Shown: one piece after another, positions 47,481 through 57,496 of the stretch
Position numbering within the stretch: the stretch's first letter is position 1
Layout: each line of letters starts with the position of its first letter
Assembly: GCF_963921235.1 (NCBI RefSeq)
Contig: NC_086118.1
Coordinates: 27,468,001 to 27,532,000 of the forward strand
Source of the DNA: Mobula hypostoma
Taxonomy: Eukaryota
DNA: 64,000 nt
Reading direction: 5' to 3'
Position numbers and translations under genes: made by a program
The notes under the pieces: model-generated
Databases searched by the model: none
Told to the model about the DNA's origin: nothing
What the model saw: the letters and a program-made list of their open reading frames with translations, nothing else

Positions 47481-49136
47481 CAGTGCCTACAAAAAGTATT
47501 CATCACCCCCCCCCACCACCCCCTTGGAAGTTTTCATGTTTTATCATTTTACAACATTGAATCATAGTGGATTTAATTTGTTTTTTTTATACTGATCGAT
47601 AGAAAACGATCCTTTGTGTCAGAGCAAAAACAGATCTCTACGAAGTGATCTAAATTAATTACAAATAAAAAATACAAAATAATTGATTGCACAAGTATTC
47701 ACCCCCCGCCCCTTAACATGACACACCAAATCATTACTGGTGCAGCCAATTGGCTTTAGAAGTCACATTATTAGTTAAATGGATATATCTGTTTTTTGAC
47801 ACCCGTGTGCAGTCAAGGTGTTTCAATTGACTGTAGTAAACATACACCTGTATCTGGAAGATCCAACAACTGGTGCGTCAGTATGCTAGCAAAAACTACA
47901 CCATGAAGACAAAGGAACACTCCAAGCAATTCAGCAAAAAGGTTATTGAAAAACACAAGTCAGGGGATGGATACAAGAACATTCCCAAGTTACTGAACAT
48001 CCCTTGGAGTACAGTTAAGTCATTCATCAAGAAATGGAAAGAATATGGCATAGCTGTAAATTTGCCTAGAGCAGGCCATCCTCAAAAACTGATTGACTGT
48101 GCAAGAAGGGGACTAGTGAGGGAGGTCACCAAGAAATCTATGACAACTCTGGAGGAGTTACCAGGTTTAGTGACTGAAATGGGAGAGACCGCACATACAA
48201 AACTGTTGCCCAAGTGCTTTACCAGTGGCAGCTTTATGAAGAGTGGCAAAGAGAAAGCCACTGTTGAAAAAAACTCACTTAAAATCTTGGCTAGGGTATT
48301 CTGGAAGGCATGTGGGAGAGTCTGAAGTCAGCTGGAAGAAGGTTCAACAACCTGATGAAATCAAAATTGAGCTTTTTGGCCATCAGACTAAACATTGTGT
48401 TTGGCATAAGCCAAACTCCACACATCATCAAAAACACACCATCCCTACCATGATGCATAGTGGTGACTGGGTTACCTTCTGGGGTTTCTTCACTGCAGCA
48501 GGCTTTGGAAGGCTTGTGAAGGTAGATGCTAAAATGAATGCAGCAAAATACAGGGAAATCCTGGAGGAAAACCTGATGCAGTCTGCAAGAGTACTGCAAC
48601 CAGGAGAAGATTTGCTTTCTAACAGGACAATGACCACAGGCATCAAGCCAAAGCTACACAGGAATGTCTTAAAGCCAACAAAGTTAATGTTCTGAAGTGG
48701 CCAAGTCAGCATCCAGACCTCAATCCAGTTGAGAGTTTGTGGCTGTACTTTGAAAAGGATTGTTCACTCATGATCTCTGTGCAATCTGACAGAGCTTGAG
48801 CAGTTTTGTAAAGAATGGGGAAAAATTGCAGTGTCCAGATGTGCAAAGCTGATAGAGACCTATCCACACAGACTCAAGACTGTAATTGCTACCAAAGATG
48901 CATCTACTAAATACTGACTTGAAGGAGGTGAATACTTATGCAATCAATTATTTAGTGTTTTATATTTGTAATTAATTTAGATCACTTTGTAGAGATCTGT
49001 TTTCACATTGACATGAAAGAGTCCTTTTCTGTTGATCAGTGTCAAATAATCCAAATTAAATCCACTGTGATTCAATGTTGTATAACAATAAAACGTGAAA
49101 ACTTCCAAGGGTGGTGAATACTTTTCATAGGCACTA
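47481..49136 (+). mobile_element. Full-length Tc1-family DNA transposon (IR/DR type)
   Basis: TA-CAGTGCC...GGCACT(A)-TA termini. ~220-bp TIRs (47481-~47706, ~48927-49136), each with outer and inner AAGTATTCA repeats. Confidence 0.95.
47903..48917 (+). pseudogene. Tc1 transposase pseudogene (paired-like HTH + DDE)
   Basis: 'MKTKEHSKQ..HKSGDGYKNI..IPWSTV..IKKWKEYG', 'DEIKIELFG', 'QDND' and '[15 protein letters not shown]'. Frameshifts near 48230, 48610 and 48670. Confidence 0.92.
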
Positions 49137-49140
49137 TATA

Positions 49141-49360
49141 TAGAAACATAGAAACATAGAAAATAGGTGCAGGAGTAGGCCATTCGGCCCTTCGAGCCTG
49201 CACCGCCATTTATTATGATCATGGCTGATCATCCAACTCAGAACCCAGCCTTCCCTCCATACCCCCTGACCCCTGTAGCCACAAGGGCCATATCTAACTT
49301 CCTTTTAAACATAGCTAATGAACTGGCCTCAACAGTTTGCTGTGGCAGAGAATTCCACAA
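49141..49360 (-). mobile_element. CR1 3' tip, same young subfamily as 53815-57491
   Basis: Near-identical reverse complement of ~57268-57493, including the (TTTCTATG)n tail. Confidence 0.93.
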
Positions 49361-49890
49361 GATAACTTATCTACATAAATTGATTGCATGTTCATAAAGT
49401 GTGCCAGGTAAGAGGTTGTCTGTAAATAAGGTGACTCTGACAGGAAATGATAAAATAATGGTGGTGGGGTTGGGGAGTGTGATGGAAAAATAACTGTTTT
49501 TGAGTTGGATGGTCTTGGCATGGACTTACATATCCTCCTCCCAGCTGGGAGTTGGACAAACAGTCTGTGTGCAGGGTGGATGGGATCCTTCATGATACTG
49601 CAAAACTTTTTCTGGTACCCTATTGTACATATGTACTTGATGGTGGGTAGGTTGGAGTTGATAATGCATGGGGCAGTTTTGTCTCTCTGTTGTAGAGCCT
49701 TTCTGTTTGTCACAGTGCGGTTTCCATACCACACTGTGATGCAGCACGTTAGAATCCTCTTTTCTGTGGATCTGTCGAAGGATGTGAGTATTGATGTGCA
49801 TACTCCAGCTCCTTTCAGCCTCCTCAGAATGTAGAGGCATTGGTGAGCTTTCTTGGTTGTGTAGAATGTTTGCTGGGACCTTGAGAGGTT
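49360..49890 (-). mobile_element. Rex1/Babar 3' relic (tail end at ~47345-47480, split by Tc1 and CR1)
   Basis: 'KKAHQCLYILRRLK..ILTCCITVWYGN..SIMKDPIHPAHRLFVQLPAGRR'. Confidence 0.8.
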
Positions 49891-49924
49891 GTGCTTTTGT
49901 ATTGTGGTATGAATAATAATGAGG

Positions 49925-50355
49925 TTCATCTATCATCATCGATTAAGACCTCGACACCATTAGTATTTTTTACGAGGTCGAGTTGCGAGCTCGACATTCA
50001 ACCTGGCACGGATGGAAAGCGTGCCCGGGAACGGCCCGACTGGTTTCGAACTTGGGAACCTTCGCTGCGGAGTCTGGCGCTGATGTCACTGTGCCACCAG
50101 CTGAGACTAGTGCATGATTTGGATTTAAGTGAGGGAGAGTTGCGCAGCGTCAGTCTCACTCTTTCTTCCCAATTCCCATCTGGATCCAGTGGCAAGACAA
50201 GAGTTGAGACGGTTGAAGATGGGACTAGGGGCAGTGGATGACCAGGATATCTTCTGTGTCTTGTTGTGCTCTACACGTTCCACGACGTTTGCAGAGACCG
50301 CCTTCTTGACCATTGGACCTTCCATTGGTCTCGTCTGTACAATCTGCCGGAGATA
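49925..50355 (-). mobile_element. 5'-truncated second copy of the RTE-type element (no ribozyme part)
   Basis: Reverse-complement homology to ~14615-14918, e.g. GCTGCGCAACTCTCCCTCACTTAAATCCAAATCATGC. Confidence 0.9.
49962..50101 (-). mobile_element. Short tRNA-derived SINE nested in the RTE-type element
   Basis: Minus: A box TGGCACAGTGA, B box GTTCGAAACC, 3' part GTCGAG-CTCGCAA-CTCGAC-CTCGTAAAAAA. Absent from the 14369 copy. Confidence 0.8.
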
Positions 50356-51546
50356 TGGTTTGAATATGACTTAAATATTTCAACAATAAGCATATAATTA
50401 TTGAATAAATTTTGCTGATGTTATTTTCCATTACTTTGTTAATAATTGAGAACAAACTGATGGTAGGTTTGTCTAAATGTTACCCATGTTTTAGTGGCTA
50501 GAATAAACTGGAACTATTTCCTATTTTATTTGTTACATGCTTGTGCTATTGATATAGCAGACAAGCTGAACTTTGAAGGGCCCATAGTCCTTCCAGAATC
50601 AAGTGCTCTACATTATTTGTTGATATTCTGAGGTGAATCTAATTGGCAGAATTTTGGCATCGGCTACAGTGGGAATGTCAGGAGGAAGCAGCAATGAATT
50701 GTCCGGCTACAACTCCTGTAGTTCTGTCTATTGCATCCAAGTGCTTGTGTCTATTATCATTGACAATGGGAAGATTATTGCTGCCATAATTTAATGTTAG
50801 TTGCTAATTATTTATCACTATTCATAAATGGATGTGGCAGGGCAACAGACCTTTGATCTGATCCATTATACGAGATTGCTTTGATCTATCTGTAGTATGC
50901 TGCTTTTATTGTTTAATATGGATATGTTTTAGCTTCATCATGGTGGCATACAGTTAAACGTGTCTGAAATGTTCCTGATGTGGCTTTCTGCATCTCATAT
51001 TGAAAGTAAGTTCTTCTTTTGGCTTGATGAGCTGGTAGAGTGATAGAGTGTAAGATATGCCAAGCCACCTGGTGCCTGATTGTAATGGAATTGCACTCTG
51101 CTGTTGATGATTTGCTGTGCTGTGTGATGCTCAGATTTAAGCAATTGGCTCAATAGAGTGTATCCCATTTATGTTAGCGGTAATGGCACGTAATATTTTG
51201 AGAATATCTGTTACGACTTGGCCACATTCATCATGATAATGCCATCGTGTTATCTTTGATGGTGGACGTTGAAGCTAATGCCTAGAGTACAGCTTCATTT
51301 TTCAAAAGGGAGGTGTTCTGGTCCAGCAGTTAAGTAATATTGGGAGCTTGTAATCCTGGAACTATGGTGCCTGGAATCTATACTGAGGATTGCCAAAGAC
51401 CCATGCTTCTGACTATGTAACACTCTTGCTGTCACTTCTGGTGGTTGTGGGGCATTGGAAGAAAGGAAAGTGGCCAGCTCAGGTTGTTGTTTGATTTTTC
51501 TCTGGTTTTGGCACCAGTTCCCAGATATTGCTGAGGACTTCATTAA

Positions 51547-52054
51547 CCCTTACATGCTGTTCGGGTCAATTTTGACCCGTTTTGACATTTGACATCAGTT
51601 ACAACACCCTAAATGCCATTTTTTTAGCTGAAATTTGATGACTTTTCCTAAAGTGACCCAAAATGCACTAAAATGAAAATATTTAAAGATTTTATACTTT
51701 TGTACAGGTGCTACAAGGTTTTGTACATTGAGGCTGTTCCAGGTCAAATTTGACATGTATCTATTGAAATGGATTTTTGATGCCTGAAACATTAATTAAG
51801 AATTAATGTACATTGAGGCTGTCTGGATCAAATTTGACCCATATCTATTGAAATGGATTTTAGATGTCTGAAACATTAATTAAGGATTAATCACCCATTT
51901 ATTAATGTCAGATGGGCTTTTTATACATTCTAGATAGATCTGTGTTTCAAAATTTGGTATAGACACTTGTTATGAGGGGATTCTTGGGCCGGGTCAAAAT
52001 TGACCCAGACCATACCATGAAGGTATAGAATATGAACAGATTGCCTGGCCTGGG
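51547..52054. mobile_element. piggyBac-like MITE
   Basis: TTAA flanks (51543-46, 52055-58) and CCC...GGG ends. Subterminal palindromes CGGGTCAATTTTGACCCG (51562-79) and CGGGTCAAAATTGACCCA (51990-52007). Internal ~85-bp tandem duplication at 51722-51890. Confidence 0.8.
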
Positions 52055-52609
52055 TTAAGGAATGTGTCTTGTTTATGTCTAAATCTGACACTAAGATTGA
52101 TTTGTAGTGGCCCATCTGGCTTTATTCTTAATGAACATTGTTGTAGCTGGGTTAGTTCAGAAAGCAGTTAACAATTAGACAATTTTGAAGGTCTGGAGTC
52201 ACACATATAAGTGATTGGAAAAAGATATCTTATTTAGATTCCGAAATAGTATTGGCACATAATAATGTTAGCATTTTATTCCAAATTAATTCACTGAGTG
52301 GTTCATTTTATTCAATAATATCATTTGAAAAGGCCAGGTAGTATTGACTGAAATCAGTAATGTAGATAATGCATATAATATTGTGCATTAACTGGACAAC
52401 CCAGTGTCATTTTAACAACCTCTTCCTCCCTTGCATCTTCTACCATTGAAAGGATAGGAACAGTAATCTGAGAGCACTTGTACATCCAGCTTACCATGAT
52501 ACCTACATATTGTCTTGAACTGGATGCAGGTTTTTTATTTTATCTCTGTGGATTAGGATGCAAATGATGATCTGATGAAAATTGTGCTCAGAATTGAGGT
52601 AGTTTCATA

Positions 52610-53021
52610 GAAGTGATTACTTTAGCTGACAATACTTCTATTGTTGGCAGGATTTCAGATGGTGAAGAGAAGGCGCACAGGAGCGAGATGGATCAGGCAG
52701 TTCAGTGGTATTGCAACAATAACCTTGAGCTCAGGGTCAGTAAGATCAGAGAATTGATTGCGAACTTCAGAAAGGGTAAGACAAAGGAATGCACACCAGT
52801 CCTCAGCGAGGGTCTATCCTGGGCCCAACATATTGATGCAATTACAAAGACAGCAGCTATATTTCATTAAGAGTTTGAGTAGATTTGGTATGTTACCAAA
52901 GACCCTCGCAGATTTATACAGGTGTACTGTGGCGAGCATTCTACCTGGCTGCATCACTATCTGGTATGGGGAGGGGGCATTGCACAGGATCAAAATAAGC
53001 TGCAGGAAGTCGCAGACTCAG
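52610..53021 (+). mobile_element. Rex1/Babar relic, 5' part (continues at 62633-62900 after the ERV)
   Basis: 'LADNTSIVGRISDG..WYCNNNLEL' and 'YRCTVASILPGCITIWYG'. Resumes as 'SIIKDHYHPRHACFSLLPSGRRY'. Confidence 0.85.
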
Positions 53022-53537
53022 TGTAATATTGTATCAGGTTTGCAGGCCTGACAAATGAGACAGAAAACTCTGACCATGAATAATATATTAAGTATTTATT
53101 TGTAAACGTTTGACCAGATATTCATGTTGCCCAGGGTACAGACACTACAAAGCTGAATATTCAACATACATATGTACATTCAACAAACATACTTAGTTAA
53201 AAGTGGGAGCAGAGCATACCTTTCCCTTAAACAAAGGGAAAGAGAGCAAGCCCCTTCCCTGTGTTATTTTATACCCGGGATATTTGAAACTGAATGCCAG
53301 GCAGCTAGGCAATGGGAAAACCAGCTGCAGTTTCTAAACAAACCAATCATGACAAACACGAGGAAATCTGCAGATGCTGGAATTTCAAGCAACACACACA
53401 AAAACTGCTGGTGAATGCAGCAGGCCAGGCAGCATCTATAGGAAGAGGTACAGTCGATGTTTCGGGTCGAAACCCTTCGTCATGACTCAGAAAAGTGATT
53501 TTTGACAGGCAGAATAAGCCATGTTCCCCATAGAATA
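53022..53537 (-). repeat. 3' LTR (contains pLTR/hammerhead insertion at ~53355-53490)
   Basis: Aligns with 62232-62632. Minus-strand TATAAAAT near 53270 and AATAAA near 53095. Confidence 0.9.
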
Positions 53538-53859
53538 CTCCACTCCTCAAAAGTTGCAAACATGTTGATCCAACCCTCAGACTAGTATAACTCTTGTGAA
53601 CTACCTACTAAGTCACATACAAAACATAAGAGCACAATACTCAGTACTGTAAACTAAAGAGTCACCCCCCACCAGTACACTACTGTAGTCCATCTGCCTC
53701 CCTGCGCTTCAAAAGGCCACGAACCCCACCCCAGTGTCTAATAGCTAATGAGCTGGCCCCCTACTTAATTTTATACTGTGACTCTCACATATACCCAACC
53801 AGGTCAGTGATGATGGCCCTGTAGCTCAGAAGGGTAGGGCAAGGAAGAGGAGGGCAGTT

Positions 53860-54360
53860 GTGATAGGGGACTCGATAGTAAGGGGGTCAGATAGGCGATT
53901 CTGTGGATGCAGTCCAGAGACCCGGATGGTAGTTTGCCTCCCTGGTGCCAGGGTCCGGGATATTTCTGATCGTGTCCGAGATATCCTGAAGTGGGAGGGT
54001 GAGGAGCCAGAGGTCGTGGTATATATAGGTACCAATGACATAGGTAGGAAAAGGGATGAGGTCCTGAAAGGAGAATATAGGGAGCTAGGAAGGGAGTCGA
54101 GAAAAAGCACCGCAAAGGTAGTAATCTCGGGATTACTGCCTGTGCCACGCGACAGTGAGAGTAGGAATGCGATGAGGTGGAGGATAAATGCGTGGCTGAG
54201 GGATTGGAGCAGGGGGCAGGGATTCAAGTTTTTGGATCATTGGGACCTCTTTTGGCGCAGGCGTGACCTGTACAAAAAGGATGGGTTACACTTGAATCCT
54301 AGGGGGACCAATATCCTGGCGGGGAGATTAGCGGGGGCTACTGAGGTGACTTTAAACTAG
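53860..54360 (+). CDS. CR1 ORF1p C-terminal SGNH/GDSL esterase-like domain (partial)
   Basis: Blocks 'IGDSIVRG', 'PGA', 'IGTND' and 'DGLHLN'. No stops. Confidence 0.9.
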   Translation: MIGDSIVRGSDRRFCGCSPETRMVVCLPGARVRDISDRVRDILKWEGEEPEVVVYIGTNDIGRKRDEVLKGEYRELGRESRKSTAKVVISGLLPVPRDSESRNAMRWRINAWLRDWSRGQGFKFLDHWDLFWRRRDLYKKDGLHLNPRGTNILAGRLAGATEVTLN

Positions 54361-57300
54361 AATGGTTGGAAGGTGGGAATCAGATTAAAGAGGCTAGGCG
54401 TGAGGAGGTTAGCTCACAACAGAGGGATGGAAACCAGTGCAGAGAGACAGAGGTGTGTAAAGTGAGCGTAGAAGCAAAAAGTACAAAGGAGAAAAGTAAA
54501 AGTGGCAGGCCGACAAATCCAGGGCAAGCATTAAAAAGGGCCACTTTTCAACATAATTGTACAAGGGCTAAGAGAGTTGTAAAAGAGCGCCTGAAGGCTT
54601 TATGTGTCAATGCAAGGAGCATTCGTAATAAGGTGGATGAATTGAAAGTGCAGATTGTTATTAATGATTATGATATAGTTGGGATCACAGAGACATGGCT
54701 CCAGGGTGACCAGGGATGGGAGCTCAACGTTCAGGGATATTCAATATTCAGGAGGGATAGACATGAAGGAAGGAGAGGTGGGGTGGCGTTGCTGGTTAGA
54801 GAAGAGATTAACGCAATAGAAAGGAAGGACATAAGCTGGGAAGATGTGGAATCGATATGGGTAGAGCTGCGTAACACTAAGGGGCAGAAGACGCTGGTGG
54901 GAGTTGTGTACAGGCCACCTAACAGTAGTAGTGAGGTCGGACATGGTATTAAACAGGAAATTAGAAATGTGTGCAATAAAGGAACAGCAGTTATAATGGG
55001 TGACTTCAATCTACATGTAGACTGGGTGAACCAAATTGGTAAAGGTGCTGAGGAGGAGGATTTCTTGGAATGTATGCGGGATGGTTTTTTGAACCAACAT
55101 GTCGAGGAACCAACTAGAGAGCAGGCTATTCTGGACTGGGTTTTGAGCAATGAGGAAGGGTTAATTAGCGATCTTGTTGTGAGAGGCCCCTTGGGTAAGA
55201 GTGACCATAATATGGTGGAATTCTTCATTAAGATGGAGAGTGACATAGTTAATTCAGAAACAAAGGTTCTGAACTTAAAGAGGGGTAACTTTGAAGGTAT
55301 GAGACGTGAATTAGCTAAGATAGACTGGCAAATGACACTTAAAGGATTGACGGTGGATATGCAATGGCAAGCATTTATACGTTGCGTGGATGAACTACAA
55401 CAATTGTTCATCCCAGTTTGGCAAAAGAATAAATCAAGGAAGGTAGTGCACCCGTGGCTGACAAGAGAAATTAGGGATAGTATCAATTCCAAAGAAGTAG
55501 CATACAAATTAGCCAGAGAAAGTGGCTCACCTGAGGACTGGGAGAAATTCAGAGATCAGCAGAGGACAAAGGGCTTAATTAGGAAGGGGAAAAAAGATTA
55601 TGAGAGAAAACTGGCAGAGAACATAAAAACGGATTGTAAAAGCTTTTATAGATATGTAAAAAAGAAAAGACTGGTAAAGACAAATGTAGGTCCCCTGCAG
55701 ACAGAAACAGGTGAATTGATTATGGGGAGCAAGGACATGGCAGACCAATTGAATAATTACTTTGGTTCTGTCTTCACTAAGGAGGACATAAATAATCTTC
55801 CAGAAATAGTAAGGGACAGAGGGTCCAGTGAGATGGAGGAACTGAGTGAAATACATGTTAGTAGGGAAGTGGTGTTAGGTAAATTGAAGGGATTGAAGGC
55901 AGATAAATCCCCAGGGCCAGATGTTCTGCATCCTAGAGTGCTTAAGGAAGAAGCCCAAGAAATAGTGGATGCATTAGTGATAATTTTTCAAAACTCGTTA
56001 GATTCTGGACTAGTTCCTGAAGATTGGAGGGTGGCTAATGTAACCCCAATTTTTAAAAAAGGAGGCAGAGAGAAACCGGGGAATTATAGACCGGTTAGCC
56101 TAACGTCGGTGGTGGGGAAACTGCTGGAGTCAGTTATCAAGGATGTGATAACAGCACACTTGGAAAGCGGAGAAATGATCGGACAAAGTCAGCATGGATT
56201 TGTGAAAGGAAAATCATGTCTGACGAATCTCATAGAATTTTTTGAGGATGTAACTAGTAGAGTGGATAGGGGAGAACCAGTGGATGTGGTATATTTGGAT
56301 TTTCGAAAGGCTTTTGACAAGGTCCCACACAGGAGATTAGTGTGCAAACTTAAAGCACACGGTATTGGGGGTAAGGTATTGGTGTGGGTGGAGAATTGGT
56401 TAGCAGACAGGAAGCAAAGAGTGGGGATAAACGGGACCTTTTCAGAATGGCAGGCGGTGACTAGTGGGGTACCGCAAGGCTCAGTGCTGGGACCCCAGTT
56501 GTTTACAATATATATTAATGACTTGGATGAGGGAATTAAATGCAGCATCTCCAAGTTTGCGGATGACACGAAGCTGGGCGGCAGTGTTAGCAGTGAGGAG
56601 GATGCTAAGAGAATGCAGGGTGACTTGGATAGGTTGGGTGAGTGGGCAAACTCATGGCAGATGCAATTTAATGTGGATAAATGTGAAGTTATCCACTTTG
56701 GTGGCAAAAATAGGAAAACAGATTATTATCTGAATGGTGGCCGATTAGGAAAAGGGGAGGTGCAACGAGACCTGGGTGTCATTATACACCAGTCATTGAA
56801 AGTGGGCATGGAGGTACAGCAGGCGGTGAAAAAGGCGAATGGTATGCTGGCATTTATAGCGAGAGGATTCGAGTACAGGAGCAGGGAGGTACTACTGCAG
56901 TTGTACAAGGCCTTGGTGAGACCACACCTGGAGTATTGTGTGCAGTTTTGGTCCCCTAATCTGAGGAAAGACATCTTTGCCATAGAGGGAGTACAAAGAA
57001 GGTTCACCAGATTGATTCCTGGGATGGCAGGACTTTCATATGAAGAAAGACTGGATGAACTGGGCTTGTACTCGTTGGAATTTAGAAGATTGAGGGGGGA
57101 TCTGATTGAAACGTATAAGATCCTAAAGGGATTGGACAGGCTAGATGCAGGAAGATTGTTCCCGATGTTGGGGAAGTCCAGAACGAGGGGTCACAGTTTG
57201 AGGATAGAGGGGAAGCCTTTTAGGACCGAGATTAGGAAAAACTTCTTCACACAGAGAGTGGTGAATCTGTGGAATTCTCTGCCACAGCAAACTGTTGAGG

Positions 57301-57395
57301 CCAGTTCATTGGCTATGTTTAAGAGGGAGTTAGATATGGCCCTTGTGGCTACAGGGGTCAGGGGGTATGGAGGGAAGGCTGGGGCGGGGTTCTGA
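54351..57395 (+). CDS. CR1 ORF2p: APE endonuclease + reverse transcriptase (uninterrupted, 1009 aa from 54366)
   Basis: 'NARSI', 'ITETW', 'VYRPP', 'GDFN', 'SDHN' (APE); 'YRPVSLTS', 'YLDFRKAFD', '[10 protein letters not shown]', 'FADD' (RT). The track's start codon is TTG; the first ATG is at 54996. Confidence 0.95.
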   Translation, partial: FKLEWLEGGNQIKEARREEVSSQQRDGNQCRETEVCKVSVEAKSTKEKSKSGRPTNPGQALKRATFQHNCTRAKRVVKERLKALCVNARSIRNKVDELKVQIVINDYDIVGITETWLQGDQGWELNVQGYSIFRRDRHEGRRGGVALLVREEINAIERKDISWEDVESIWVELRNTKGQKTLVGVVYRPPNSSSEVGHGIKQEIRNVCNKGTAVIMGDFNLHVDWVNQIGKGAEEEDFLECMRDGFLNQHVEEPTREQAILDWVLSNEEGLISDLVVRGPLGKSDHNMVEFFIKMESDIVNSETKVLNLKRGNFEGMRRELAKIDWQMTLKGLTVDMQWQAFIRCVDELQQLFIPVWQKNKSRKVVHPWLTREIRDSINSKEVAYKLARESGSPEDWEKFRDQQRTKGLIRKGKKDYERKLAENIKTDCKSFYRYVKKKRLVKTNVGPLQTETGELIMGSKDMADQLNNYFGSVFTKEDINNLPEIVRDRGSSEMEELSEIHVSREVVLGKLKGLKADKSPGPDVLHPRVLKEEAQEIVDALVIIFQNSLDSGLVPEDWRVANVTPIFKKGGREKPGNYRPVSLTSVVGKLLESVIKDVITAHLESGEMIGQSQHGFVKGKSCLTNLIEFFEDVTSRVDRGEPVDVVYLDFRKAFDKVPHRRLVCKLKAHGIGGKVLVWVENWLADRKQRVGINGTFSEWQAVTSGVPQGSVLGPQLFTIYINDLDEGIKCSISKFADDTKLGGSVSSEEDAKRMQGDLDRLGEWANSWQMQFNVDKCEVIHFGGKNRKTDYYLNGGRLGKGEVQRDLGVIIHQSLKVGMEVQQAVKKANGMLAFIARGFEYRSREVLLQLYKALVRPHLEYCVQFWSPNLRKDIFAIEGVQRRFTRLIPGMAGLSYEERLDELGLYSLEFRRLRGDLIETYKILKGLDRLDAGRLFPMLGKSRTRGHSLRIEGKPFRTEIRKNFFTQRVVNLWNSLPQQTVEASSLAMFKRELDMALVATGVRGYGGKAGAGF

Positions 57396-57496
57396 GTTGG
57401 ATGATCAGCCATGATCATAATAAATGGCGATGCAGGCTCGAAGGGCCGAATGGCCTACTCCTGCACCTATTTTCTATGTTTCTATGTTTCTATGAT

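Larger units (their letters stand above)
53815..57491 (+). mobile_element. Young CR1 LINE, 5'-truncated within ORF1, ORF2 intact
   Basis: ORF1 end + ORF2 + 3' UTR hairpin + (TTTCTATG)3 tail. Flanking ATGAT repeat (53810-14, 57492-96), overlapping the tail motif. Confidence 0.97.

Noticed and set aside
54731..56707. Long antisense ORFs (258 aa, 172 aa) and similar ones opposite other CR1s
   Set aside because: Shadow frames of CR1 ORF2 with no independent domain motifs.
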